Assembly (NCBI RefSeq): GCF_009914755.1
Contig: NC_060944.1
Length of the DNA: 64,000 nt
Strand: one strand, 5' to 3'
From: the human T2T-CHM13v2.0 reference genome, Homo sapiens
A program made the translations under genes and the position numbers. Shown here in pieces: positions 35,784 to 49,164 of the stretch (position 1 is the stretch's first letter; every line of letters starts with the position of its first letter). Under the pieces are notes generated by a model, which saw only the letters and a list, made by a program, of their open reading frames with translations, had not been told where the DNA came from and ran no database searches.

Positions 35784-36894
35784 CTTGTTTTTCTAAATTG
35801 TCAGTACAGTGAAATAGTTGTCATGGGTTCACCAAAACAATTTTCAGAGATTTTCTTTCTGAATTTTGTTGGGAAAAGTCCTGAAACATTCCCTCCACTT
35901 CCACACACAAAAAGGCAGCCTCCCTAAGGTTCTTCCTTAGGTTCCCCCGGCACCTACATGGGTATCGGCAAACATTATTGAATCTCAACAAGCACATTTA
36001 TTTCAGATTCTACACATGAAGGGTTTTCAAAATACTCTTCCGTACCCATGGTTCATAAGCCCATGGTCCAGAACATCTAGTGTCTATTTTTATAGCCCAC
36101 AGGCAATTGCTACAGCTGTATAACCCTATTGAGAATGAGAAAGGGAGAATGTCACTAATTCTTTTGATATCTTAGGATGCAAATGTCTATGTGCTAATGT
36201 CATCTGCATAAAAGTATATACTCCCCACTTCACTTTGGCTGAAGGCAACTACACATTAATGGTTACATCCCCTTTTGTACTAAGAGCTACTCAAGGAAAC
36301 ATTTAGCAACAGGTGGTCCTAGCTGCACTTAAACCTTTCCCCTAGGGAACAACACACGCTTATACTGTACATTCCCAGGCCAGTAAACCCATGACAAAGT
36401 TATAACTCCCAGTAGTCAGCTCATTTAGGTTTATGCAATAGAATCCATCCTCTTTTTTGGGAATGGAAAATGTATTCCTTTCTGAAAAAGAGTACAGTAT
36501 AATAGAAGGCATGGGAAAAAATCATTCAAAATTTACAGATTTGGGAGATAATAAAAATTCTACCAATGATCAACTTTGGAATTTACAGTAATAACTTAAG
36601 ATTTCTGCTCATTAACAGTGTCAGCATGTATAAAAATTAAGAGGTTTAAGAATCTTAGAAGCCCTGTGAAAGGAATTTAGAAAGTGCAAAGATACATGCA
36701 TTTGAATAAAAATTTGGCGCTTGTCAGACCATGTTTTTTTTATTGATTTTTACAGGGTAGATATGATCAAAATATTAAGAGTCATGGGATAAAATTTCTC
36801 TAAGGAAACTTTATCACCATAATAATCATTGAGAACTTCTATAAGTCAACATACTGTGTAAGGCTTTTGAAATACGTAAATAGATAATACGTAA

Positions 36895-37210
<316 letters not shown>

Positions 37211-37234
37211 ACAGATGACTCTTATTTGCCGAAT

Positions 37235-37381
37235 TCAGTACATCACTTAGGAGCACCTGTATCCTTTGAGAGTTTATTACAAATGCAGCATCTCAGGCCT
37301 CATCCAAGTCCTCTGCAACCAAAATGTGCATTTTGACAAGATCATGATTTATATATATGTTAAAGGTTGAGAAGTTCTGGT
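37235..37381. mobile_element. MER5A1-like MITE fragment
   Basis: aaatgcagcatctcaggcctcatcc...tgcattttgacaagatc...ttaaaggttgagaag. Confidence 0.6.
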
Positions 37382-37542
37382 CTGTAACACTCAATATTTC
37401 CACTTCAACCTTCTAAACTAAAGAATTGTGTGACTTGACCTGTCTTCTAAAGAAGCCTTCACTTTAGTGTCATTACCTTTGTCTTCATAAAATATTCTGT
37501 TTTTTTAATAATCATTTAGAAAAATCCAATAAAACAAAACTA

Positions 37543-37881
37543 CAGTCATTTGTTGCTAAATGAGGGGGATAATACCTCCTGAGGAATGTGCAGTTGGGTA
37601 ATTTTTGCCCTTGTATGAACATCCTAAAGTGTACTTACACAAATCTAGATGTACTTCTAGGCTATATGGTATAGTCTCTTGCTCCTAAGCCATAAACGTG
37701 TATAGCATGTTTCTGTACTGAATACTGTAGGCAACTGTAACACAATGGTAAGTATTTGTGTATCTAAGCATATCTAAACATAGGTAATGTTCAGTAAAAA
37801 TACTGTCTTATAATCTCATGGGATCATCATTGTATATGAAGTCCATCATTGACCTAAATGTTGTTATGAGGCACATGATTG
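37543..37881. mobile_element. Tigger3a (MER7-like) TcMar MITE
   Basis: tacagtcat...catgattg ends; actgaatactgtaggcaactgtaacacaatggtaagtatttgtgtatctaa. Confidence 0.85.
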
Positions 37882-38052
37882 TGAATTGCAAGCAAAAAAA
37901 ATCTACCTTCTTATTTCTGTATCTAAACATTTGTGTGTTTAATTTGTTCAGTTACAGGATCACATTGATATCCCTAGCCTAGCATTATTGTTGTTCAGAG
38001 CAATTGCACAGTGTATTTTGAATGAGTCAATATTAAGAATAATATAACAGAC

Positions 38053-38360
38053 TCCAGGTGTGGTGCCTCACACCTGCAACCCCAACAGTTTGGGAGGCTG
38101 GGACAGGAGAATTACTTGAGCCCAGGAGTTCAAGACCAGCTTGAGCAACATAGTGAGACCCTGTCTCTACAAAACAAAACAAAACATTAGCCGAGCACAG
38201 TGGCATGCACCTATATGTTCCTGCTACTTAGGAGACTGAGGCAGGAGGATTGCTTGAGCCCAGGAGTTCCAGGCCTCAATGAGCTATGATGGTGGTACTG
38301 CACTCCAGCTTGGGTGACAGAGTAAGACTCTGTCTCAAAAAAAAAAAAAAAAAAAAAAAA
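38053..38360 (+). mobile_element. AluJ (Jo/Jr-like)
   Basis: cttgagcccaggagttc in both arms; long poly(A) tail. Confidence 0.95.
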
Positions 38361-38427
38361 TTAAAATTACACACACTCCCCCCACCAAAAAAAAGTTATC
38401 TGAAATCTTTGGTTAAAAAGCAAGAAA

Positions 38428-39250
38428 GTGACTTCTACTTCTGGCCAAGGAAGAACAACTGAAAAACACAAAACATATGAAACAAATTTTGCCAGACACT
38501 GGACATGAGGCAAGAAGGGCGAGTGATTGCTGAGCGATGGAAGTCAAATGAGATGAGTGTTTCATTTACCCCAGATGGCTGCCTTGGGTACCTAGGAAAA
38601 TCTCAAGAAATTCCTTATTGATAATAGATTTGAGAGTCTGCAGAGAACAACGTAGCTGAAGTTGGCAGGGCAGAGTACCAGAGAGGAGAGAAATGTAGAG
38701 AGCGAGGACTCTGGAGGTCTGCGGAGGGTTCCCTTGTGTATTTGATTTGTTTGTGTATATGAGGAAACTACCTGAGACTGAGGAAAGAACCACCTGAAAA
38801 AATTGCCACTGTCCTGTCTAACTGGATTCACAAGAGATTGGAAATAGTGCCCATTCCCATCAGCTAGGTTAGTTACAAAACCTCAAGATTCAAGGGGCGC
38901 TGTGTAGAGTGCACAGAAAGATCTTGCCTTAGTAATGGGAAACAATCAGATCCAGACTGAGTGTGCTCATGCCACCTAACACATTTCAAAAACAAGACTC
39001 AGGAAGATAAAACTATTACTATTGAATAAGTAATTCAGCTGTATTCCTAAACAAAATTCAAGCATATTAATATAAATAAAAGAATATTCAGCACCCAGGA
39101 AGCAAAACTTTACAATATCTGGTATTAAACCAACAATTTACAGGCATGCAAAGAACAGAAAGATACAATTCATTATGATGGAGTCAATCAATCCTTCCCA
39201 ATGAATCCTAAACTCCCTCGGATGTTAGAATTAGCAGACAAGGACACCAT
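38428..39250 (+). mobile_element. Old L1M 5'-region/ORF1-start fragment
   Basis: gacttctacttctggccaag start; cagacactggacatgaggc; gatgttagaattagcagacaagga. Confidence 0.55.
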
Positions 39251-39317
39251 TAAATTTTGAATTAATTAATATCTTTTTTTAAAAAAAAAATAGGAAGTAT
39301 CATTCTTTTAGGAGAAA

Positions 39318-39350
39318 CATCACCATCTGGTGGTATTTTCAGGTATTGCC
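39318..39350 (-). promoter_or_regulatory. Candidate CTCF site (core plus upstream motif)
   Basis: Minus strand GGCAATACC-tgaaaat-ACCACCAGATGGTGA resembles the CTCF upstream motif plus CCACCAG(G/A)(G/T)GG(C/T)G core. Confidence 0.45.
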
Positions 39351-39639
39351 AGTAAAGATATTTAAAACAGGAAGGGTGGTTTTTCTTGGTGTTTACAAAT
39401 ATGTGTATAAATAATTACAACTATATCTATGAATAAACAGCTGAGCAATTGTATAAACCATACAACTTTTATTCAAACACTTGTATAACGTTTACGTATA
39501 TGTTATTTTATATATACACATACAAATATATTTATATATAAGTATTCATAATTATGCAAATTGAAGATGCAACAATAAATAGACTTTCTGAAATAGTTGT
39601 TCTGATAATTAAATATCCAGTTACCATTGTTGCGTTGCC

Positions 39640-40020
39640 TTAATGACTTTTTCTGTCCCTCTATCTTTGCCCTAGGGTCTTTCCACAAGCTTTCTCTTGT
39701 TCTAGGATAATCTTCCTTCCACCTTTCACTTGGTCACTTCTTCCACGTCCTTCAGATTTTACTTTACCTGTCACCTCCTCAACAAGCTTTCTCTGATAAT
39801 TTAGAGGCAATTAAGCCTCTATCACAAATACTCTCAGGTAATTCACTAAATCCCTTGAAATAGTATCCACATTTGTGGTTATGAATTTACTTGTGCACTT
39901 ATGTGGAGAAGGTCTTCCTTTCCCACTAGGTACAGTGTTCCATGAGGTCACTTTTCCTCATTATGCACCTTTCAGAATCTAACACAAAGTTGGCACACTG
40001 TGTGCAGTTGTTGGATGATG
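39640..40020 (+). mobile_element. L2 3' region fragment
   Basis: tccttcagattttacttt..tgtcacctcctc..; cagaatctaacacaaagttggcacac. Confidence 0.55.
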
Positions 40021-40990
40021 TTTCCCCACCCAGATTTTCATCTCTATTATTGAAATGTGATTAGGATTTAGGCTTCACAGGTAAACCAAATGCAGCATTG
40101 AATTTCAATCTCAAATTCCAGGACATGTGGAGGTACGAAATCACTGCTCAAATCAGCTTGTTTAAATTCCAGAATAAAAAGCCCTAAATGCTTCTCAACT
40201 TATACAGTTTTTTTCTGCAAATCCCAACTAAGGAACTGAACTTCACTTAATTCAAAATAAAAAATAATTCTGAAATCTGTATTAGGTTTTTCCAGAGAAA
40301 TAGAACTGATAAGATGTGTGTTTGTGTCTGTGTACACAATTTCTTATAATTAATCTCTCTATGCATGTAGGTCAAACATTCTGGACATGTCTATGAAGGT
40401 GCTACTGAATGAAATTAACATTTGAATGGGTAGACTGAATCTCTTGATGCATATATATGTGTGTGTGTCTATGTACAGACACACACTCATTATATATTTA
40501 TAGATAAATAGATAGATAGATATTCATTATAAGAAATTGACTTATTTGATTACGGAGGCTGACAATCTGCAGTTGGCAAACTGGGAACCAAAGAGAGCTT
40601 ATGGTATATTTCCAGTCCAAAATGCTGGTGGGCTCAAGACCCAGAAAGAAAATATGTCTCAATATGAGTCTGAAAGCAGGAAAAAAATCTAATGTCCCAG
40701 CACTAAAACAGAAATTCCCTCTTATTTGCAAGAGGATTAACTTTTTTGTTCCATTAGGGCCCCTTCGACTAACTGGAAGAGTTCCACCCACATTAGAGAT
40801 GTCAATCTGCTTTACTCAGTCTACCTATTCAAATGTTAATCTCATTCAGGGGCATCCTTACATAAGGGCCCAGAATGTTTGACCTAATGTCTAGCCACTC
40901 GATAGCCCAGCAAAGCTAATACATAAACTTTACTATCACAATTCTACCCCTTCTCATCTTGGCACATATACGCCTCTCCTTAAACCATAC

Positions 40991-41611
40991 TGATATGGTT
41001 TGGCTGTGTTTCCACCCCAAATCTCATCTTGAATTGTACTCTCCATGTGTCAAGGGCAGGACCAGGTGGAGGTAATTGGATCATGGGGGTGGTTTCTTCC
41101 AGGCTGTTCTCTTGCTAATGAGTGAGTCTCATCATGTGAGATCTGCTGATTTTTTTGTTTTCAGGGGTTTTTTTGTTTGTTTTTGTTTTTGAGACCGGGT
41201 CTCACTCTGTCACCCAGACTGGAGTGCAGTGGTGCCATCTTGGCTCACTGCAACCTCTGCCTCCTGGGTTCAAGTGATTCTCATGCCTCAGCCTCCTGAG
41301 CAGCTGAGATTACAGGTGCCTGCCACAACACCTGACTAATTTTTGTATTTTTAGTAGAGATGGGGTTTCACCATGTTGGACAGACTGGGATCTGCTGGTT
41401 TTATAAGTGTCTGGCATTTCCCCTGCTTGCACTCACTCCATCCTGCCACCCTGTGAAGAAGGTGTCTGCTTCTCCTTTGCTTTCTGGCAAGACTGTAAAT
41501 TTCCTGAGGCCTCCCCAGCAATGCAGAACTGTGAGTCAATTAAACCTCTTTCTTTATAAATTACGCAGTCCTGGGTATTTCTTCTTAGCAGCCTGAGAAT
41601 GGACTAGTACA
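40991..41611 (+). mobile_element. THE1D-like solo LTR nested in ERVL, itself interrupted by an Alu
   Basis: tgatatggtttggctgtg...ggactagtaca; perfect TSD catac at 40986-40990 and 41612-41616. Confidence 0.92.
41150..41388 (-). mobile_element. 5'-truncated AluS inside the THE1D LTR
   Basis: Right arm plus part of the left arm; TSD gatctgctg at 41140-41148 and 41389-41397. Confidence 0.92.
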
Positions 41612-43606
41612 CATACTTAATCTCCAAATAAAGAACATAGCACGGCCATAATTTCATAAAACATGATAGAGCTATTCTGCACATAACTAAAACCACACTA
41701 ATCTCTTCCCCTAAAGAGCAGGTAAAGTGTTGAGTGATTTTTACTCTTCTCTTTGACATCTTATAACTTAAATAATATAACATAAAATTAACAACACAAA
41801 TATATGAAGTCAATACATCTTATGTTACATAATAAGGGAATAAGTGAGGGAGGTTAAATTATATTGTTTTCTTATACACACAAACATATCCGTAACAAAA
41901 TATGGAGGAAATAGTCCTGACATTTACAGTCCTCATTTTGATAATGGTCACATAGTTCGCTATAGCTGGTATTTATAACTATCTTCCCCTACTATCCATT
42001 CTGTATTCTCTTTGCCTTCAGCAAGCACTTCAGCTGTGGTGATTCTTTACCTGATGGTATAAAACCTTCATTCCTGAAAAGTCCTGATATCAGTGTCCTC
42101 CTTTGATTGGGTGTTATAATTTTCTTTTGACCCTAATCACAGGACATGGTAAAACTAAGAGATGCCTTCAGGGATTTGCTGCATGCCTAACATATTCCTC
42201 CTTACTGCCATTGTGGAGAAGTAGTTCAATTTCCCCCTGGGTAGTCAGGACCAATCACCCCACCCACCACAGTAATTCAGTAATTTCCCTCTTTCTGATG
42301 ATTCAGATGCAGGAGGAGCCCAAAGTGACCATGTAGCATTAACTTCCAGTTAAATGAAATCATTGCTGTTTCTCCTGGTAGCAATGTTCCCCACTGCAGA
42401 ACTAAAATCTATAGGTCAGGGGAACATAAGGCCATGAAAACAAGAAGAAAAACTTTCTAGTAGCTCACTAGAGGATATTAGTGAGCGATACCTGGCCCAT
42501 TTCCACCACTTGATTCCTGGACTCATGAATCCTGGCTATGGGAGAAGTAGTACCGCATACTGGAGGCTGATTCAGACAACACACAGCCTGCTGGGGAATC
42601 TTTCTCCAGTCTCACAAGGTATTGCCACCTAGCTGGCACTGTAACTGCGTATTCAAGAGGTCATTACATGGTTCTATGCGTCCAGATGCTTCAGGATGAT
42701 GAGGAACAGTGAATTCCATGAGCATGGGTAATTGTCACACTTCGTTTATTGGGTAGTGAGTTCCTTAATCAGAAACAATGCTTTATGGAATATCATGGTG
42801 GTGGCCAATGAATTCTGTAAGCCCACCGATGAGTTTTTACAGAAGCATTGCACGCATAGAAAGCAAATCTGTATCCAAAATAAGTGTCTATTCCAGAAAG
42901 AAAGTACTGGAAATAGTGCCCTTTCTGTGATGGAAAGAGTCCAATGTAATCATCATGTCACCAGGTAGCTGGCTGATCAACAAAGGGAATGGTGCCATAT
43001 TGGGGGCTCATTGTTGGTCTCTGTTGCTGACAGATTGGACACTCAGCAGTGGTCATAGCCAGGTTGGCCTCGGTGAGTTGAAGCGCATGTCGTTGAACCC
43101 ATGCATAACCTCCATTCCTACTACCATGGCTACTTTGTTTATGAGCTCATTAGGCAATGACAGGAGTGGACGGGGAAAGAGGCTGACACATATGCAGAGA
43201 ATAAGTCATCTTATTCACTTGATCGTTAAAATTCTACTCTGCTGAGGTAATCCATTGGTGAGCATCCATATAGGACACAAATATCTCCACATTATGTGAT
43301 TACTCAGAGATATCTATTCACATACCTTTTCCTCAAATTTCTAGTTATGTTTCTCCCAAGTCTGTGACCATCCAGGGAAACCACTGGCCACGTCCCATGA
43401 ATTGACGTACAGTCATACATAAGGCCATTTCTCCTTCCAAACAACGTGAACAACCAGGTAGATTGCTCACATTTCTGCCCCTTGGGGGGATATTTTTTTT
43501 CTCCTCTATTCTTCAGGAATGCCTTTGAAGTTGACTGCAGTGTTCTAATTGTCCATTTGGATGCTGCATTCATATTGTGCAGAAACATCTGAGAATGAAT
43601 CCCAAT

Positions 43607-43975
43607 TGCTATGTTTTGAATGTTTGTGCCCCCTCTGAAATTCATGTTGAAACTTAATCCCTAATGCAACAGTATTCAAAAGCGGGGTCTTTAGGAGATG
43701 ATCCGTCTATGCAAACTCTGCCCTCATGAAGAGATTCATGCCCTTATAAAAGAACTAGAAGAAACCAGCTAGGCCTTTTCTGTCCTTCCACCATGTGAGA
43801 CACAGGAACGAGGAGCCATCTCGGAAGCAGAGACTGAGCCCTCACCAGACACTGAAGCTGCTGGTGCCTTGATCTCAATCTTCAGGCTTCCAGAACTGTG
43901 AGAAACAAATTTCTATTTTTTATAAATTGCCCAGTCTCAGGTACTTTTTAACAGCAGCATGGATGGATTTAGACA
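43607..43975 (+). mobile_element. MST (MSTC/MSTD-like) solo LTR nested in ERVL pol
   Basis: tgctatgttttgaatgtttgtgcccc..aaattcatgttgaaacttaatccc; gccctcaccagacac; ends tagaca. Confidence 0.85.
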
Positions 43976-44315
43976 TCAAATCTTCTCTTCCCCTGTCAAC
44001 TGATCCTTTGGAAGCTTCTCATGAGGCCATAGGTACAAGCTGGGAAAGAGACAGTAATATAGCAGCACTGAGGACCATGGACATTTTCTCTACTTCTTTG
44101 TGTAACTTAACTTGAGCCTTCAGGGCCTGTGTGGGTCCAATTAGGTATACACCACTTTCATTAGATTATGGAGCTCTGCTGTACACATCCAAATTTATGG
44201 AATAGTGAGTCAAATACTAGCTGGTTCTTGATGGGAAGCTCAGGTCACCTGGTAACTTACTAGCCCATGTTAAGCACCCAGCCTCTACAAAGGCCAAGTA
44301 GCAGGCCAAGAACTG

Positions 44316-44317
<2 letters not shown>

Positions 44318-44352
<35 letters not shown>
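44318..44352. repeat. (CA)n microsatellite
   Basis: Directly visible. Confidence 0.95.
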
Positions 44353-44354
<2 letters not shown>

Positions 44355-44859
44355 GAGTAGCTAACTACAGAGGACAGCATGGCAGGATATTGCTCCAAAA
44401 TCTAAAGGGCCCGCTCTGTGATTCACCTTTAGGGTTCCTGACAAAGGCTCCAAATAATGTCTCTATCTGCTGCTATCACTTCAAGCACGTTTTGATCTGT
44501 TGGAGCATATGCCCTACATGACAGAGCAGCTTGCACAGCAGCCTGAACTTGTTGTGGAATCATCTTTTATTTTGAGCCCCACTCAAAATTAATCGCTTTT
44601 GTATCACTAGGTAAATGGGCTGGAGCAAGACACCAAGTGAGAAATGTGTTGCCTCCAAAATCCAGTAAGGTCCACTTTTCTTGTGGTGCCTCTTCTTTAG
44701 TTGTAGTCAGGACAAGATGAAACAAATTATCCCTCACTTTAGAAGAAATTCCTCAATATGACCCATACCACTGGGCCCCTAGGTAATGAAAGTGGGTAAA
44801 ACCACCCTCTGACACACAAATGTCTTACCAATATGTCTAGAATAGACTTAGAGTTGCTA

Positions 44860-45300
44860 CTTCTTGTTCACTAAGTTCAATCAGCATTATGTTACCAATG
44901 TCAAGGACCAGGATGATACCTTGTGCAAGGGAAATTCAGTTGAGATCACTGCAAACTAAATTATGCCATAGGGCTGAAGAGTTGATATGCCTCTGAGATA
45001 GGACAGTGAAGAAGTATTGATGGCCATGCCAACTGAAAGAAAACTGCTTCTTACGGTCCTTTTGAAAAGAATGGACTAAAAAGCACTTGCCAGATCAATA
45101 GCTACATATCAAATATCAGGAAAAGTGTTAATTTGCTCAAGCAATGAAATAACATTTGGTATAGCAACTGCTAATGGAGTCACTACCTTGTTAAGCTTGC
45201 CATAATCCACTGTCATTTTCCAAGGTTCATCTATCTCCTGCACAGGCCAAATAGTCATGCTTAGGAATGGGAATGTTGTGGGAATTGCCACCCCTGCATT
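44860..45300 (-). pseudogene. ERVL reverse transcriptase remnant
   Basis: Matches the ERVL RT motif [26 protein letters not shown]; catalytic YIDD decayed to DIGN (VLDIGNIML near 44882-44908). Confidence 0.85.
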
Positions 45301-45800
45301 TTTCTAGTTCCTTGTGGTGGCGCTAATCTTTTAATACTTTAATTGCTTCTGATTTGTTACTTTCCTAGATAGAGATTTTTCTAGTGTCTTCCACTTGGCC
45401 ACTCCTACCATAGTAGCCTTCACACCACAGGTAAGGGAACAAATGTTGGGATTCTGTCATTTGCTAACTATGCCTATTCCACTTATGCCTTCCAGAACCA
45501 GGGAAATAACCATAGGCTGGGGTCAGGGACATACTTGTCCCTCTATGGGAAGAATCTGAGCTGAAACCTTTTTAGTTACCTGACTTCCATAAGCCCCTAC
45601 TCTGACTGGTGGACAACAGTGATGTCTTAGATCTCCTGAAAATAGGATTTGTCCAGAACAACTACCTAGTAGTGCAAAAAGGGTATAATTATATCCGTTT
45701 TCTTAATGCACAGTTATCCTGGTAAAAGGTCATAGATCACTTTGGTGAAGGCTAGGAGAAAAAAAATAGCAACACAAATTTTTTACAGTGTACCAGAGTC

Positions 45801-46219
45801 TAATATGGGTTAGATATTTGTCTCCTCCAAACCTCATGTTAAATTTTGATCCCCAGTGTTGGAGGTGGAGCATAATGAGAGGTGTTTGTGTCATGAGGGT
45901 GAATCCTTCATAAATGGCTTCATGTTCTCCTTGTGATAATAAAGGAGTTCTTGCTCTGTTACTTCACTCAAGAGCTGGTTGTTGAAAAGAGGCTGGCCTT
46001 CCTCCCTTCACTCTTGCTCCTTCTTTTGCCATGTGACATGCCTGCATTCCCCTTGTCTTGCACCAGAATTGAAAACTTCCTGAGGTCCTTACCAGAAACA
46101 AATGCTGTTACCATGCTTCTTGTACAGCCTGCAAAACTGTGAGCCAAATAAACCACTTTTCCTTATAAATCACTTAGCCTCAAGTATTGCTTGATAGCAA
46201 CACAAAACAGACCAAAACA
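45801..46219 (+). mobile_element. MSTB-like solo LTR nested in ERVL
   Basis: ctccaaacctcatgttaaattttgatccccagtgttggaggtgg; catgcttcttgtacagcctgca; TSD gagtc/gtgtc. Confidence 0.88.
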
Positions 46220-46794
46220 GTGTCCTTTCTCAAGGGGACTTGATCTTCTATTCATACAATGGGTCTTGGAAGTGTAAACATGTTTAGTCTGGGAATGGAT
46301 TGAGCAGCCGTGACCCTCTGTTTTATCATTTTGGTTAGATTTTTATTCGCTGAACTAGAATTGTTTTGCTAGAACAAAAATTAAGAACTTATTATTTTTC
46401 CTGTCTGTTTCACTTCTAGAAATGCCACAATCAACTAGGCAGTATTAATAAATTCATCTTGCTCCAACACCATAGGTCTGAGAAAGTCAGGTTATTCTGA
46501 TTGCTGCTTTGATTCTGCTGTCTATTACAACAACCACTCCCATCTTACTTTTAGTGGTTGAATGCCACCAATGGTCCCTTGCCAATATGCCAGGATCAAA
46601 TTACTCCAGCTGAATTATGTTTTCCAGTTCAGTGACCAAAGTTCCTACTGTCCACAGCTCTCACTGTAAGGTCTGGCAGACAGAGGAGTTACAGAGACCT
46701 CTTCAAGGAAGAAAGGACTCCACTCACAAATTTATTTCTCACAGCCATGGCAAAAGGTATGTCTTCTGAGTCTTCCCAGACTGGGCAAATAGAC

Positions 46795-47290
46795 TTTTTT
46801 TATTTTTTATTTTTTTACTTTTATTTTAAGTTTGGGGGTGCAAGTGCAGGTTTGTGACCTAAGTAAACTTGAGTCATGGGGTTAGTTGTACAGATTATCT
46901 CATCACTCAGGTATTAAAGCTACAACCCATTAGTGATTTTTCCTGATTCTCTCCCTCCTTCCACCCTCCACCTTTTGAAAGACCCCAGTATGTGTTGTTC
47001 CCCTCTGTGTGTCCATGTGTTCTCATCACTTAGCTCTCACTTATAAGTGAGAACATGCGGTATATGGTTTTCTGTTCCTGTGTTAGTTTTCTAGGAATAA
47101 CAGCCTCCAACTCCATGTCCCTACAAAGGACATAATCTCATTCTTTTTTATGGCTGCAGAGTATTCCATGGTATATATGTACCACATTTTCTTTATTTAG
47201 CCTATCTTTGATGGGCATTTAGGGTGCTTCCATGTCTTTACTATTGTAAATAGTGCTGCAGTGAACATACATGTGCATGTGTCTTTACAT
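46795..47290 (-). mobile_element. L1PA13-15-like 3' end nested in ERVL
   Basis: T-rich tail; ttgtacagattatctcatcactcaggtatta; cacttataagtgagaacatgcggta. Confidence 0.88.
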
Positions 47291-47914
47291 TAAACTGAAA
47301 GCGACAAACCCACTTTAATATTCCAATCTCTCTAAGCCTGTGAATCCCTTACTATACGTTAAACCAAAGCAAGTATGGTATTTCTAACTTGTTCACTGTA
47401 GGTCACCTTTTGGTTCAGTTTTCAACCAACTAACCAATCAAACAAACTGTTAGAGTCCTTTCAAATTCACCCCAATCTGAAACAGTGAATGCAGATTGTC
47501 TGCTTACTGACTTCAGAGCAATAAATTCCATAAATAAAGTCCATATCAAATTCATCCTGCTACAACTTTATGTGTCTTCTATCACTATCCCACACCTTTA
47601 ATATCTTTTCCACATATGTTTCTTGAATTTTTGTCAACATAAATTAGGAAACTCAAGTAATTCTTTTGGAGTATGGCACATCTCCACTTGGGTCACACTT
47701 TGTTTCTCACCTTTAAGGACCTGATCAGACATGAGTCTAATTATAGATCTAGAAGGAGAAGGGTAGTGGGATGGGACTTGAGGAAAATCAGCATTGTCTT
47801 GAATGGCAACTGCCTCTGGAGGGGCCGCTACCATTTCTCTGGAAATCAGATTAATCCTCACAGATAGAAGTGGAGATACCACTCTAACTAGGGATGAAAC
47901 TCATTAGAATGTAG

Positions 47915-49164
47915 TGCTCCTACTTGTATTCAACATAGTTCTGGAAGTCCTAGCCAGACAAATCAGTCAAGAGAAATAAAAGCCATGTACTTTGAAAAAA
48001 AGGAAATCAAACTGTGCCTCTTTGCAGATGATGTGATCTTATACCTAGGAAAACCTAAAGACTCCATCAATAAATTCTTAGATATAATAAATAAATTTAG
48101 TAAAGAATAGAATAAAAAATCAACATGCAAAAATCAGTAGCATTTCTATCACCAAATAATGGACTAGCTGAGAAAGAAGTCAAGAAGGCAACCTCAATTA
48201 CAATAGCTATAAAAATAATACAATATCTAGAAATAAATTTTACTAAGGAGGTGAAAGACCTCTATAAGAAAAACTACAAAACACTGATGAAATAAATTGG
48301 AGAAAACACAGAACTTGGAAAGGCATGCCATGCTCATGAATTGGAAGAAATAATATTGTTAAAATGACCATACTGCCCAAATAATCATCAGATTCAATGC
48401 AATTCTTATCAAAGTACCAATATCATTTTGAACATAAATAGAAAAGATAATCCAAAAATTCACATGGAACTAAAAAAAGCCCAAATAGCCAAAGGAAAAA
48501 AATCAGTATATCAAAAGGATATCTGTACCTCCATGTTTATAGTAGCACTATTCACAATAGCAAAGATATAAAATTAACTGCAGTATCTGTTAATGCATAG
48601 GCAAAGAAAAGTGGTATATATACACAATTGAATACTATTCAGCCATATAAAAAAGAATGAAATCGTGTAATTCTTAACAACAGGAATGGAACTGAGAGAT
48701 CATTGTGTTAAATATCATAAGCCAGACACAGAAAGATACATTTTCCGTATTCTCTCTCACTCATATGTGGAAGATGAAAAAAGTTGATCTCATGGAGGTA
48801 GAGAGTAGAATAACAGATACCAGAGACTGAGAAGGGTGTATGAGTGGGAGTCGGGGATAAGGAGAGGTTGATTAGTAGGTACAAACATACAGTTAGATAG
48901 AAGGAATAAGTTCTAATGTTCGGTTGCAGAATAGGGTGACTACAGTTAACAACCATGTATCGTATTTTTCAAAATAACTTGAAAAGAGAACTTGAAATGT
49001 TCCCAATACCTAAAAATGATAAATATTGAAGGTGACAGCTGCCCCAAATAACCTGACTTGATCATTCTACAGTCTATGCATGTGATACAATATCACATGC
49101 ACCCCACAAATATGTACAAATATTATGTATCAATAAAAATAATTTTAAAAATAAATTTTAAAAA
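47915..49164 (+). mobile_element. L1MA (L1MA4-like) 3' fragment with internal deletion, nested in ERVL gag
   Basis: ORF2 end (gttctggaagtcctagccaga...) joined at ~48490 to 3'UTR; ends gtatcaataaaaataa plus A-rich tail. Confidence 0.9.
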
